Shown here piece after piece: positions 11,020-20,615 of a stretch of 64,000 nucleotides of DNA. Source of the stretch: Candidatus Poribacteria bacterium (lineage in GTDB: Bacteria; Poribacteria; WGA-4E; PCPOR2b); NCBI GenBank assembly GCA_965215015.1, contig OZ244042.1, forward strand, positions 224,001 through 288,000, written 5' to 3'. The translations under genes were made by a program, and so were the position numbers. Position 1 is the first letter of the stretch; each line of letters starts with the position of its first letter. The notes beneath the pieces are model-generated. The model saw nothing but the letters and a program-made list of their open reading frames with translations, searched no databases and was not told where the DNA came from.

Positions 11020-13119
11020 ATGCGGGGCTGCCTTTCAATATTTTTTATCTTATGCGCCGTGACCATAATATATGCTGCTGAAGATCAGACAACAACAGGT
11101 GCCCGTGCCATCGGTATAGGAGGAGCATTCATCGGCGTTGCGGACGACGAAAACGCGGTGCGTCGGAATCCCGCTGGACTGACCCGTTTGGACAGGTATG
11201 CCGTAGGGTTCGAGCAGACACCATATCGATTGTTCGATGCCTTAGAGACAAGCTATCTCAGCGCGGTCTTGCCCACATCGGAGAAAATGGCACTAGGTAT
11301 TGATTGGTTGCAGGTCGGCATTCAAGATGAAGAACTTGACTCGAACCGTAGCAGTTTCAACTTCGCTTATAGTTATGCTCCGTTGGCCCAACTATCCCTT
11401 GGGGCGAATCTGAAATACTTTACATGGTCAATTGCGCTAGATGGCAGATCGAGGGGGGCAGCAACAGGTTGGGGTACAGATATTGGGCTTCTATTCCAAC
11501 CCCATCCTCGCTGGAAGTTGGGGATACTTGCACAAGATTTCATCGGTTTTGGATCTGGTATGGGATTGAGCTCCGGCACCTGGATCCGGCACGATTCAGA
11601 TGTCAGCGAAAAGATCTTCCCGACCGCGTACAAGTTTGGCATTGCTTATCACCCTGTTTCGGATTGGCTAATCTCGGCAGACCTGACAGACCGGTTGCAG
11701 CTCGGCACAGAATTTTTGCCGAATCGAAATTTTGCCATCCGCGCTGGATTCCAGAAAGATTTGTATACGTCTGAGCCACCGACCTATTCGCTGGGTGGAA
11801 GCATAAGATATAAATGGATGGACTTTAACGTCGCCTATCTCATCCCGCCGACGTTGCCGCCAACGACGTATGTTGGGCTTTCGCTCAACTTCGATTTTCG
11901 GAAGTTACCGATCCTGATTGAAGTGGTTCGCGTGAAAAGTCTCTACCCGGTTCTTTATCACTATTATGCTAGACCGAATCGAGAGGCTGAAACAGAAGAG
12001 TTGCCGGATGCTACCACGCCCCCGGCATATACCGACGCGGATCTAGAGCGATACTATCCACTTAAAGGAGCGGATTCAATTGGCAGGATTTGGCTTAAAA
12101 ATGAAAGCAGTAAAGAGGTAACCGTTCATATAAAACTGTTTATTCCTGAATTTGTCAGTAAAAAAGGCACAGAAGTTGCGCTGAGTGATATTAGGGTGCC
12201 GGCGTTGACGCGAAAATCCGTACCGATACAGCGGCTTGTCCTATCACAGAAGGCACTGGAATTGTCTCAAAGGCAATCTGTCGAAGGATGGGTTCAGGTG
12301 ATTGAGAGTGGTGGATCTGCCTACCGAACTTTTCCTGTAACATTTTTGTTACACGATAACCACACAATCTACTTGGATGATGTTGGTAAACTTGCTTGTT
12401 TTATTTCCTCGGAAAGTTCGGCGAAGGATTCAGCGATTGGGGCTTTCATTAATCAGGTTCGTTCCACATTTCAGACGGAGATCGATACTGCTGGCATACC
12501 AGAAAACTTGTATGTTGCCATGCTATTGTTTAATACCCTGCACGGTGTATCGTACGCGCGGGATCCAAATATACCACAGGGAAGCGGGACGATTGATGCG
12601 CTTAAGTATCCCCATGAAATGTTAGAAAGTCTCATGGGACCATATTCAGAGGATGATGATAAATCCACCTTTGGGGATTGTGATGACAGCACAGCTCTCT
12701 ACTGCTCTCTGCTTGAATCGGCCGGGATCAAAACGGCACTTATTCAATTACAAAATCATGTGTTAATGGCATTTGATATAGGCAATATTTCCGTTGAACA
12801 GGCGCAAGAGATGGGTTTACCCAGCAGTCACTATAAGACAGTCAACGGACAGGCGTGGATTCCGGTTGAGACAACCCTTATCAACGATGGTTTCGCAGCC
12901 GCATGGCGAGAAGGGTGGGAATCGCTCCAAGCAGTGATTTCGGAAGCGATTCCTGTTGAGGATGCATGGGAAGAATATGGGGAGAGCTTTCCACAGGGAG
13001 AACCCATCCAATTTTCTATCCCGAAAGATCTCGTCCAAAAACGGAACGATGTGGACCTCGCCACTCCATGGATGATGGAATTTTTGAACGCGCTCTCCAA
13101 TTCAGAAATAGGAAGATGA
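11020..13119 (+). CDS. PorV/PorQ (FadL-like) outer-membrane barrel fused to a transglutaminase-like domain
   Basis: Signal peptide, GARAIGIGGAF..ADD..NPAGL motif, amphipathic strands; C-terminal GDCDD, NHVLMAF, WIPVETT. Confidence 0.8.
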   Translation: MRGCLSIFFILCAVTIIYAAEDQTTTGARAIGIGGAFIGVADDENAVRRNPAGLTRLDRYAVGFEQTPYRLFDALETSYLSAVLPTSEKMALGIDWLQVGIQDEELDSNRSSFNFAYSYAPLAQLSLGANLKYFTWSIALDGRSRGAATGWGTDIGLLFQPHPRWKLGILAQDFIGFGSGMGLSSGTWIRHDSDVSEKIFPTAYKFGIAYHPVSDWLISADLTDRLQLGTEFLPNRNFAIRAGFQKDLYTSEPPTYSLGGSIRYKWMDFNVAYLIPPTLPPTTYVGLSLNFDFRKLPILIEVVRVKSLYPVLYHYYARPNREAETEELPDATTPPAYTDADLERYYPLKGADSIGRIWLKNESSKEVTVHIKLFIPEFVSKKGTEVALSDIRVPALTRKSVPIQRLVLSQKALELSQRQSVEGWVQVIESGGSAYRTFPVTFLLHDNHTIYLDDVGKLACFISSESSAKDSAIGAFINQVRSTFQTEIDTAGIPENLYVAMLLFNTLHGVSYARDPNIPQGSGTIDALKYPHEMLESLMGPYSEDDDKSTFGDCDDSTALYCSLLESAGIKTALIQLQNHVLMAFDIGNISVEQAQEMGLPSSHYKTVNGQAWIPVETTLINDGFAAAWREGWESLQAVISEAIPVEDAWEEYGESFPQGEPIQFSIPKDLVQKRNDVDLATPWMMEFLNALSNSEIGR

Positions 13120-13260
13120 GTAACACGACGAAATCAAAAGAAAATTTACGTTTCATGTTTTATACTAAATCTGACAGGCTGCTAGGTTTAGCATTCCGTA
13201 TTTATGTGTCGGTTTGACACAATACACAACTCGCAATAGATCACACGAGGAGGACGCTCA

Positions 13261-14139
13261 ATGATAGCACACAAAACCTTAACCTCTACAATCTGTTTGC
13301 TCTGTATGATTCTGGCGTACGCCGCGTATGCCGAACCACAGGAGTCAACAGCAACATTTACCTTTGGCAAGATAGAAATTCTAAAAACTGGTGAACAGGA
13401 GTGGGGGTTTCTGGAAAAGGGCATGATCTTGGCTGCAGGCGATTTGGTGCGAATGCCACCTTTCTCGCTGATGCGGTTAAAACTAGCGAACGACACCCAC
13501 TTGCCAACCCTTTCGGGGGGGCGCGAGGTACTTATTCGCACGTTAATTAAGGAAGGACTTCAGCACAGGGAGGCCCAAAAAGGAAAGCGGATTAATGAAG
13601 ATTTTGATGCAAGCCCCGCAATCGATGGGCTGCCCGTTGGTAATAGACCGAAAACACAGAATCGTGTTGCGGCTTTTAAGACGACACCTACCGTCAAGAT
13701 AAGCCAAACCGAACTGGAAACCCTCCGCCACAATATCGAGTTGCTCCCCGATGAGATTGCATCTTCGATTGCTTCTTTGCTTGGGACTCCTGTCAGGGAA
13801 AATGTGGAGAATCCTTCATATCCTGCTCCCAATTTGGACTTGGCTCGAAAATTCTACGGTATACTCAACAGGATTGAGACCGATGCGTCGCTGCATCCCT
13901 TATTGTATGCTCAACTCCTGCACTATGCCGGTCTCAATGTCGGTTTCGATGCAAATGAAGAAGGACAACTGTTCGTTGTTTTTGACAGCGATATCCCCTC
14001 CGATAATGCAAAGCAGATCGCTGTAAATGAGCAGTTAATCTATAAGAAGCCAGGGGAAGATACAGTCTGGATTTCTGTGCGGATCCAATCGTCACAACAG
14101 AATTTCACGACAGCGTGGTATCAAGGAAGTCAGCAGTAA
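13261..14139 (+). CDS. Exported FecR-like protein with degenerate transglutaminase-like C-terminus
   Basis: Signal peptide ending AYA; FecR-type GKIEI..W..GM.L..GD.VR; C-terminus aligns by eye to the preceding protein's C-terminal domain. Confidence 0.65.
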   Translation: MIAHKTLTSTICLLCMILAYAAYAEPQESTATFTFGKIEILKTGEQEWGFLEKGMILAAGDLVRMPPFSLMRLKLANDTHLPTLSGGREVLIRTLIKEGLQHREAQKGKRINEDFDASPAIDGLPVGNRPKTQNRVAAFKTTPTVKISQTELETLRHNIELLPDEIASSIASLLGTPVRENVENPSYPAPNLDLARKFYGILNRIETDASLHPLLYAQLLHYAGLNVGFDANEEGQLFVVFDSDIPSDNAKQIAVNEQLIYKKPGEDTVWISVRIQSSQQNFTTAWYQGSQQ

Positions 14140-14208
14140 GCCGGAAATAGGGGAAATGAATCTATGGACAAATGAGGGGATTACGCATTCTACGCCTCAC
14201 GAAACCTT

Positions 14209-16155
14209 ATGCTCTCAAGACAAGCGCAATCTCAGAAAATATATCTCCTGATTGGCATCGTGAGTCTGCTGCCATTCTTAGTGGTCGGGTTTCTACGTGA
14301 TTTGGGGACCTTTGAGTTTATTGAACTGAAGACATTAGATGCTTGGCTGCAATGGACTGCGCCCCGTTCTTCGCAAATAGCCTCTCAGATTGCACTGATT
14401 ACGATTGATGCCAAAAGCGAGGACGAACTTGGAGCAATGCCATGGCGTTCTCACATTTACGCTGCTCTAATACATTCCCTCCGACAAGTGGATCCGATAG
14501 CAATTGGGTTGGTTGCGTGGTTTAACCGCGAGTGGGAAGGCGAACAAAAGATTCCCGGTGAAAAACTATTTGTCATCCGTCCTTATCCAAAGCCCACTGC
14601 CCTAGACCGTCATGCGCTGCCAGAAGTCACCGATTGGTACACCTTGCCTGACAACCTGACACAAGCGCAGGGGTGGGGCTTTAGTCATTTCCCGTTGAGC
14701 CCTTCCGATGGTATCTACCGCTCTGCCCAGCTTGTCGTGAAAGACCGTGCCACAGATACCTACCGCTACTCTTTTGTAATGTCAATCCTGTGTCAAACCT
14801 ATGGTATCTTTCCCACCTCAATAAAATTGCGGGAAGGATTTTGGAGTGGCAAATATCTCGAATTCACCCCTCCAGCGGGAGAGGTGGTCCGTATTCCTAT
14901 TAACTCACAGGGGCAATTATTCATTCGGTTTGCAGGTGACGAGGAGGCGTTTCAGCCTACTTCTTTTGTTGAGGCCCTATCAATGTCAGGGAAGGGGATT
15001 GACCATGACCAATTTTTACAAAAATTTAACGATAAGTGCATCTTGATTGGTATTACGACACCAGGAGTCAACAAGAGAGCGACCGCCCTGGGTGAACTGG
15101 CGGCACTTGCTCTGCGGGCAAATCTTCTCAACGGTCTGTTGAACCGAGATTTTGTTTGGCAACTCAGTCGATGGGGAAATCTCCTCTATGTTGCGTGTCT
15201 CGCAATCCTTTCGGGCGCAGCAACAATTTTAATCTACCGGGGCGGACACGGTTACCGATCTATGCTGCTCTTCGGCAGTGGATTAATACTATGCCATCTT
15301 CTTTTTCTAGGCGGAATGTTCGTTCTCTTCGACCTTTGGATCGAAGTCACTGGATCAACGCTGGCATTGCTTCTCAGCGGCGTGATTGGTAGCTTATTCC
15401 TAGCACACCTTCGGCTGCGGCATTTACTTAGACAGTTGCAAACAACACAAGATCAGCTAGTTAGGTCGGAGAAGGAGGCTGTGTTTGGTATGATGTCAGC
15501 ACGGGTGCGCCATGAGTTGCGAAATGCTCTCAACTTAATCCGCGCACCTGCCGAAATGATCCGGATTAATTTCCAGAAACAAGATCCTCTCAGACTGCGA
15601 GAACAACCTGAAGATATTGTTAGTGAAATGGATCAGATCATTGGTTGGGTGACGAAGCTGGACGAAATGATTGAAGATGAATTCAGCTTTTTCCAAGATT
15701 CTCACATGAACTTTCAACAGCAAGCCCTTGAACCCATTCTGAAATCTGCATTGGAGATGATGCAACCGGTGATCGATGAACATCATATTGAAGTTCGACT
15801 GAGGCTGCCACCGGAAATTCCGCCGCTTCTCCTCGATGCTGATAAAATACGGATTGTCTTTACGAATCTGATCAAAAACGCTTGTCAAGCGATGCTGTCG
15901 GGTGGAATACTGGAAGTGGTCGTGAAGGTGTCAATATCTCAACAGAACCAAGTTACTGTCATCGTTAAGGATACAGGGACGGGCATTCCGGCGGACGAAC
16001 TCCATCGAATCTTTGAACCTTTTTATACAACTAAGCCACGTGGATTGGGCCTTGGTTTGGTCAATGTAAAGAACATCATTGAGGGACATGGCGGAACAGT
16101 GCGGGTGGAAAGCGAGATTGGCGGCGGAACGACGTTTTTCGTTAGGCTTCAGTGA
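14209..16155 (+). CDS. CHASE2-domain sensor histidine kinase
   Basis: ELKTLDAW..IALITID, DGIYRS, 3 TM helices, H-box HELRNAL, N-box NLIKNA, DTGTG, FEPFYTTK, GLGLGL. Confidence 0.93.
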   Translation: MLSRQAQSQKIYLLIGIVSLLPFLVVGFLRDLGTFEFIELKTLDAWLQWTAPRSSQIASQIALITIDAKSEDELGAMPWRSHIYAALIHSLRQVDPIAIGLVAWFNREWEGEQKIPGEKLFVIRPYPKPTALDRHALPEVTDWYTLPDNLTQAQGWGFSHFPLSPSDGIYRSAQLVVKDRATDTYRYSFVMSILCQTYGIFPTSIKLREGFWSGKYLEFTPPAGEVVRIPINSQGQLFIRFAGDEEAFQPTSFVEALSMSGKGIDHDQFLQKFNDKCILIGITTPGVNKRATALGELAALALRANLLNGLLNRDFVWQLSRWGNLLYVACLAILSGAATILIYRGGHGYRSMLLFGSGLILCHLLFLGGMFVLFDLWIEVTGSTLALLLSGVIGSLFLAHLRLRHLLRQLQTTQDQLVRSEKEAVFGMMSARVRHELRNALNLIRAPAEMIRINFQKQDPLRLREQPEDIVSEMDQIIGWVTKLDEMIEDEFSFFQDSHMNFQQQALEPILKSALEMMQPVIDEHHIEVRLRLPPEIPPLLLDADKIRIVFTNLIKNACQAMLSGGILEVVVKVSISQQNQVTVIVKDTGTGIPADELHRIFEPFYTTKPRGLGLGLVNVKNIIEGHGGTVRVESEIGGGTTFFVRLQ

Positions 16156-16215
16156 ACTTCAACCATTTTCTTACACAATACATTTTGGACAGTTAGGCAT
16201 TATCGGATACGAACC

Positions 16216-17679
16216 ATGAAACACGCACGAATTTTAATCGCAGACGACGAACAGGCGACCTGCAAATATATTGATAAGCAACTTAAGATGGAGGAATCGA
16301 TTGATGCTTCTGTGGATTTTGCCTATAATCGGGATGCAGCAATCGCAAAATTGGACGAAAACCCGCCTTATGATTTAATTCTGATCGATCTCTGGATGCC
16401 GGATGCACAGGGTATTTTGGATAAAGAAGCGGGGCTAAAAGTCCTCAAACGAAGCAAACAGCAACACCCTATATCCCAGGCCTTAGTAATCACTGCCAAC
16501 AGTTCCTCGGAAACCGCGCTTGAAGCGAGTGGATTAGGGATTTATGACTATATCAGCAAGCCGATTAACTACACCCATCTGATCGAAGTCGTCAAAGAGG
16601 TGTTGACCCAGCGTAACGACAAGCCTCTCTCTCAGGACAACAACATCAGTTCTGCGGACAATTATGAAATTATCGGTAAAAGCCCTGCCATGATTGCGGT
16701 CATGACAACAGTGGGGCGAGTCGCGCGATCAGAAACGGATGTCTTACTCTATGGTGAAAGCGGCACCGGAAAGGATTTTGTCGCACGCGCTATCCATAAA
16801 CATAGTCCCCGTTGCGAAGGTCCCTTTGAGGTCGTTAATTGCAGCGCAATTCCAGCGGAGTTAATTGAGGCGGAACTATTCGGAATCGGGAGACGGGTAG
16901 CGACCTCGGTCGATCAACGTTCGGGCAAGTTTCAGCAGGCACACGGCGGGACCATTTTCCTTGATGAAATTGGTGATTTGGGTCTAGAGATGCAGCCGAA
17001 ATTACTGCGTGTACTGGATTATAAAGAAATTCAGGGCGTTGGGGTGAAAGTACAACGCGTTGATGTTCGGATTATTGCTGCAACCAATCGCGATCTTGAG
17101 GGAGCTGTGGCAGCTGGAAAGTTTCGTAGCGATCTCTATTTTCGTTTGAAGCCGATAATTGCTTTACCCCCATTGCGTGAACGCGAAGGAGATATTGAGT
17201 TGTTGGCGTGGCATTTTCTTCGCAAATATTCTCATGTCCTTGATCAGAAACGTGCCCTTGGTTTTGACGATGCAGTGCTCACAGCATTCGAGCAATATCA
17301 TTGGCCAGGGAATGTACGGGAGTTAGAAAAAGCGATTGAATATGCAATTCTTACGTGCACGGGTCAACAAATTTCTACACGTGATTTAGTCCCGGAAATC
17401 TTTAATAGAGACATGCAACCTGTCCCCGAACCCTCTAATCAAGGAAGAGATAGAGGGAACGCCAATGTTGGTTTGCAGGAAGCAGAATTTCACAGCTTAC
17501 TTGACGCAGCGACGATTAAGGAAGCGTCACAGGGATTTGAGCGAATTTTCTTAGTGCACAAGCTCAAGCAAAATCACTGGAACATCCAGGCAACGGCGGA
17601 GCAAATCGGCATTCGGCGCCAGTCGTTGCACCGTAAGATTAATGAACTGGGGTTGCAGCGGGATCTGAACGATATCTAG
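16216..17679 (+). CDS. NtrC-family response regulator (REC-AAA+-Fis HTH)
   Basis: ADDE/DLWMP receiver, GESGTGKD, FLDEIGD, WPGNVREL, C-terminal HTH; GAFTGA loop reads RVATSV. Confidence 0.95.
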   Translation: MKHARILIADDEQATCKYIDKQLKMEESIDASVDFAYNRDAAIAKLDENPPYDLILIDLWMPDAQGILDKEAGLKVLKRSKQQHPISQALVITANSSSETALEASGLGIYDYISKPINYTHLIEVVKEVLTQRNDKPLSQDNNISSADNYEIIGKSPAMIAVMTTVGRVARSETDVLLYGESGTGKDFVARAIHKHSPRCEGPFEVVNCSAIPAELIEAELFGIGRRVATSVDQRSGKFQQAHGGTIFLDEIGDLGLEMQPKLLRVLDYKEIQGVGVKVQRVDVRIIAATNRDLEGAVAAGKFRSDLYFRLKPIIALPPLREREGDIELLAWHFLRKYSHVLDQKRALGFDDAVLTAFEQYHWPGNVRELEKAIEYAILTCTGQQISTRDLVPEIFNRDMQPVPEPSNQGRDRGNANVGLQEAEFHSLLDAATIKEASQGFERIFLVHKLKQNHWNIQATAEQIGIRRQSLHRKINELGLQRDLNDI

Positions 17680-17688
17680 TGGCAAGTT

Positions 17689-17726
17689 GTGTCGCTTCTG
17701 TGTTACACCGTCACATTTAGATGACG
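17689..17726 (+). promoter_or_regulatory. Candidate tandem upstream activator sites
   Basis: Adjacent dyads GTGT-N12-ACAC and CGTCA-N8-TGACG ~170-200 nt upstream of a sigma54 promoter, with an AT-rich tract between. Confidence 0.45.
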
Positions 17727-17892
17727 TTGTTGTGATGCGTAAGCAGCTTTGGGATTGTTGATTAAATACGATTATAAAAAAAATCATATTTTTCAATTAA
17801 TAATCATCAATCTTCTCTACTTCTATCTTTGTGGTTGTTTTATTTTTAATTTTCCCTTCCCTTTTTCTCCTAATTTTCACCTTCTCGCAATG

Positions 17893-17907
17893 TGGCATAC
17901 ATATTGC
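17893..17907 (+). promoter_or_regulatory. sigma54 (-24/-12) promoter
   Basis: TGGCAT-ACATA-TTGC, GG-N10-GC, ~46 nt upstream of ATG 17954. Confidence 0.75.
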
Positions 17908-17953
17908 CTAGACTATAAAGTAGAGATTTAAGTATTGGGGATTGGGGGAAAGA

Positions 17954-19144
17954 ATGACTGAACAGATAAATGAAGTTACGCAGTTAAAAGACCCTACTGG
18001 GAGGCCCGTTGAAGATTTAACAATCCCGAAGCTGCGTTCTGTACCCACCGATGCACAGATACACAGACCGCCTGAAGAATTTCCACCAATTGGTGCAGCC
18101 AATGACAGCACCAAGACGTTTGAAATCTGCTATTCAGATCGGGAGGATGGTTCACTAAGGACTTATCTTCATCAGATTGGAAAAATCCCACGCTTAACTC
18201 AAGCAGAAGAAACGCACCTATTCATCAAGATTGAAAAGCACCAGTTGCAAATTGATGAACTTTATCAGGAATTGACAACCCATCTTACCGACATTTCTCT
18301 GGACAATCCGCCATCTACTGCTATCCTCGAGCACAGAATTATAGCTGAATCCTTCCCACAGTCCACCGAAAAATACCTTTTGGATTTGGTAGGACATATA
18401 AAGTTATGCAACGCAGAGATTTGCGCTGCTAAGAACCACGTTGCTGAGGCAAATTTAAGACTAGCAATCTACATCGCCAAAAAATATCAGGAGCGTGGGC
18501 TTGATTTGCTCGATCTGGTTCAGGAAGCGAGCATTGGACTCCTTCAGGCTGTAGATCACTTTGATTGGCAGCGTGGTGTCAAATTTGGGGCATATGCTTC
18601 GTGGTGGATGCAGCAGGCAATTGGCTATAGCATTGCGAATCACGGGCGTACGATTCGTTTGCCGGCATATCTCCTCAAGGAGATTCGCAAGGTGAATCAA
18701 GTAGAAGAAAGTCTGCATCAGCAGATGAACCGTGAACCCAGTCGAGAAGAGGTCGCTGAGGCATCAGGACTCAGTGTAGATCGGCTCCTACTATTAGAGC
18801 GATTAACTGCTAATACCGTATCGCTAGAAGTTTACACTAGTTCCGGTCAAGGTGAGATTGAGGATTTTGTCGCGTGTGAAAACACCCCTCAGCCGCTAAC
18901 AGAAATCACCCGGCAAAATTTAATAGACGAAGTGAAGACAGCTTTAACTACTTTACCGCCACGCGAACAACAGATTGTTTCCCTGAGGTATGGACTGGAA
19001 AATGGGGAGGAGCACAGCTTACAGGAGATTGGCACCCTACTAAATCTTTCCAGAGAGCGGATTCGACAGCTTGAGTTGAGAGCTTTGAAGCGACTACGCC
19101 ACCCTGCCCGATACGACCGCCTCCGGGATTTTGGAGACATATAG
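17954..19144 (+). CDS. RpoD/SigA-family sigma70 factor lacking region 1.1 (probably an alternative sigma)
   Basis: Region 1.2 YLHQIGKIPRLT, region 2 ANLRL..DLVQE..KFGAYASWW, region 4 SLQEIG..LSRERIRQLE. Confidence 0.92.
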   Translation: MTEQINEVTQLKDPTGRPVEDLTIPKLRSVPTDAQIHRPPEEFPPIGAANDSTKTFEICYSDREDGSLRTYLHQIGKIPRLTQAEETHLFIKIEKHQLQIDELYQELTTHLTDISLDNPPSTAILEHRIIAESFPQSTEKYLLDLVGHIKLCNAEICAAKNHVAEANLRLAIYIAKKYQERGLDLLDLVQEASIGLLQAVDHFDWQRGVKFGAYASWWMQQAIGYSIANHGRTIRLPAYLLKEIRKVNQVEESLHQQMNREPSREEVAEASGLSVDRLLLLERLTANTVSLEVYTSSGQGEIEDFVACENTPQPLTEITRQNLIDEVKTALTTLPPREQQIVSLRYGLENGEEHSLQEIGTLLNLSRERIRQLELRALKRLRHPARYDRLRDFGDI

Positions 19145-19145
19145 C

Positions 19146-19544
19146 CTAGGAGGAAGGGGGCTTATTCTCTTTTCTATGAGGGTTCTGCGGTTCAGAAGGA
19201 TTGAAAATATAGTCAATGCTCAACCACAAACTGCGCGAATAGCGGAAGAAGAAGATAGGGAAAAGGGCACTAAAAGCTATCCACAGAATGAAGTTCTGAA
19301 GAAAAGGGATAGAGGTGAAATAGTCCAACGCAAAATAGCTGGCAAATGCAATAAAAATGGTCACACCGTAGTTGATATACATCGCCCCAACAAAATATCC
19401 TGCCTCGCGCTCAAACCTAAAGTGACAATTACCACACTCCGTGCACATTTTGAACAAACCTGAAAACATTTGACCTTCACCGCACCTTGGACATTTTAGG
19501 CGCAGCCCTTCTATGAGAATTTGACGCGCACCCCGCTTCTGCAT
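19146..19544 (-). CDS. DUF983 family membrane protein
   Basis: CPRCGEG..C.EC..FERE.GYF.GAMY plus two TM helices. Confidence 0.85.
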   Translation of the reverse strand: MQKRGARQILIEGLRLKCPRCGEGQMFSGLFKMCTECGNCHFRFEREAGYFVGAMYINYGVTIFIAFASYFALDYFTSIPFLQNFILWIAFSALFPIFFFRYSRSLWLSIDYIFNPSEPQNPHRKENKPPSS

Positions 19545-19606
19545 CTACTGTTTTCCCTCCTTGAACTCCCACTTGCAATAAGTTATAATTTCTGATTGAG
19601 ATCCCA

Positions 19607-19635
19607 ATTTTAGCATAGCTTATCAGAGATGTCAA
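19607..19635 (-). promoter_or_regulatory. sigma70-type promoter of the DUF983 gene
   Basis: TTGACA-17nt-TAAAAT with extended TG. Confidence 0.65.
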
Positions 19636-19725
19636 TTTAGCTGTTTCAAGCAAGCAGGGTAATTGCATCTGTTATAGAAATTAGACAATTCTATCAGGGA
19701 CTTGTGGAGCCAGAGGAGCACAGCT

Positions 19726-20538
19726 ATGGATCATCGCATAGAAGTCAATCGAAAGAACTGGAACGAACGCACCCCTGTCCATGCAGCCTCTAAATTCTAC
19801 GATGTAGGGGGATTTCGCAACGGTCGGATAACGCTGAACGACATCGAAAGAACTGAAGTGGGATCTGTTGAAGGTAAGTCTCTGCTGCATCTTCAGTGCC
19901 ACTTTGGTATGGATACGATGTCGTGGGCTCGTCTGGGTGCACAGGCGACAGGGGTTGACATTTCAGACGCCGCAATTGATTTGGCGAGGTCGCTGAATGA
20001 TGAGCTTCAATTGAATACCCGATTTATCCGTTCCAACCTCTACGACCTGCCCGATGTCCTGGATGAAGAGTTCGATATCGTATACACCACAATGGGTGTG
20101 CTTTGCTGGTTGCCCGATTTGTCTGAATGGGCGAATATCATCGCTAGGTTCCTCAGACCCAATGGCGTTTTCTATATCTTGGATGGCCACCCGTTCTCAC
20201 ACGTATTTGAATCTGAGGAAAACCAAGCTGGAGTTCAAGAACTACAAGTGCGACACCCATACTTCAAAAAAAATGAAGGTGATTTCTACGCGGGTGGCCA
20301 ACACACTTATGCGGGTTCGGACATCATAGAAGCTGGATGTTACGAATGGCAGCACAGCGTTGGTGAAATACTGAATGCTATCTCGGCTGCCGGATTAGGG
20401 ATTCAGTTCTTCCACGAATTTGCGCGTAGCGGCTATAAAGCCTTTCCGTGCATGGAAAGAGACAGGGATGGCTGGTGGCGACTGACCTCACACAACGACT
20501 CAGTTCCACAACTGTTCTCACTGAAAGCGACCAAGTAA
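19726..20538 (+). CDS. Class I SAM-dependent methyltransferase
   Basis: LHLQCHFGMDT, GVDIS, FDIVYT..GVLCWLPDL; RBS GAGGAG before ATG 19726. Confidence 0.9.
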   Translation: MDHRIEVNRKNWNERTPVHAASKFYDVGGFRNGRITLNDIERTEVGSVEGKSLLHLQCHFGMDTMSWARLGAQATGVDISDAAIDLARSLNDELQLNTRFIRSNLYDLPDVLDEEFDIVYTTMGVLCWLPDLSEWANIIARFLRPNGVFYILDGHPFSHVFESEENQAGVQELQVRHPYFKKNEGDFYAGGQHTYAGSDIIEAGCYEWQHSVGEILNAISAAGLGIQFFHEFARSGYKAFPCMERDRDGWWRLTSHNDSVPQLFSLKATK

Positions 20539-20615
20539 GGTGGTATTTTCTCCGATAGCCTTGAACAGTCTATGCAACAGCTTATTGGCTACAAGAAGTC
20601 GTATTTGACCTTATC

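Noticed and set aside
10745-14205. Short CGTGAAA/TTTCACG-like heptamer runs (~10748, ~13145, ~14182; also ~37358)
   Set aside because: Only 2-3 degenerate units each; too weak to assign a function.
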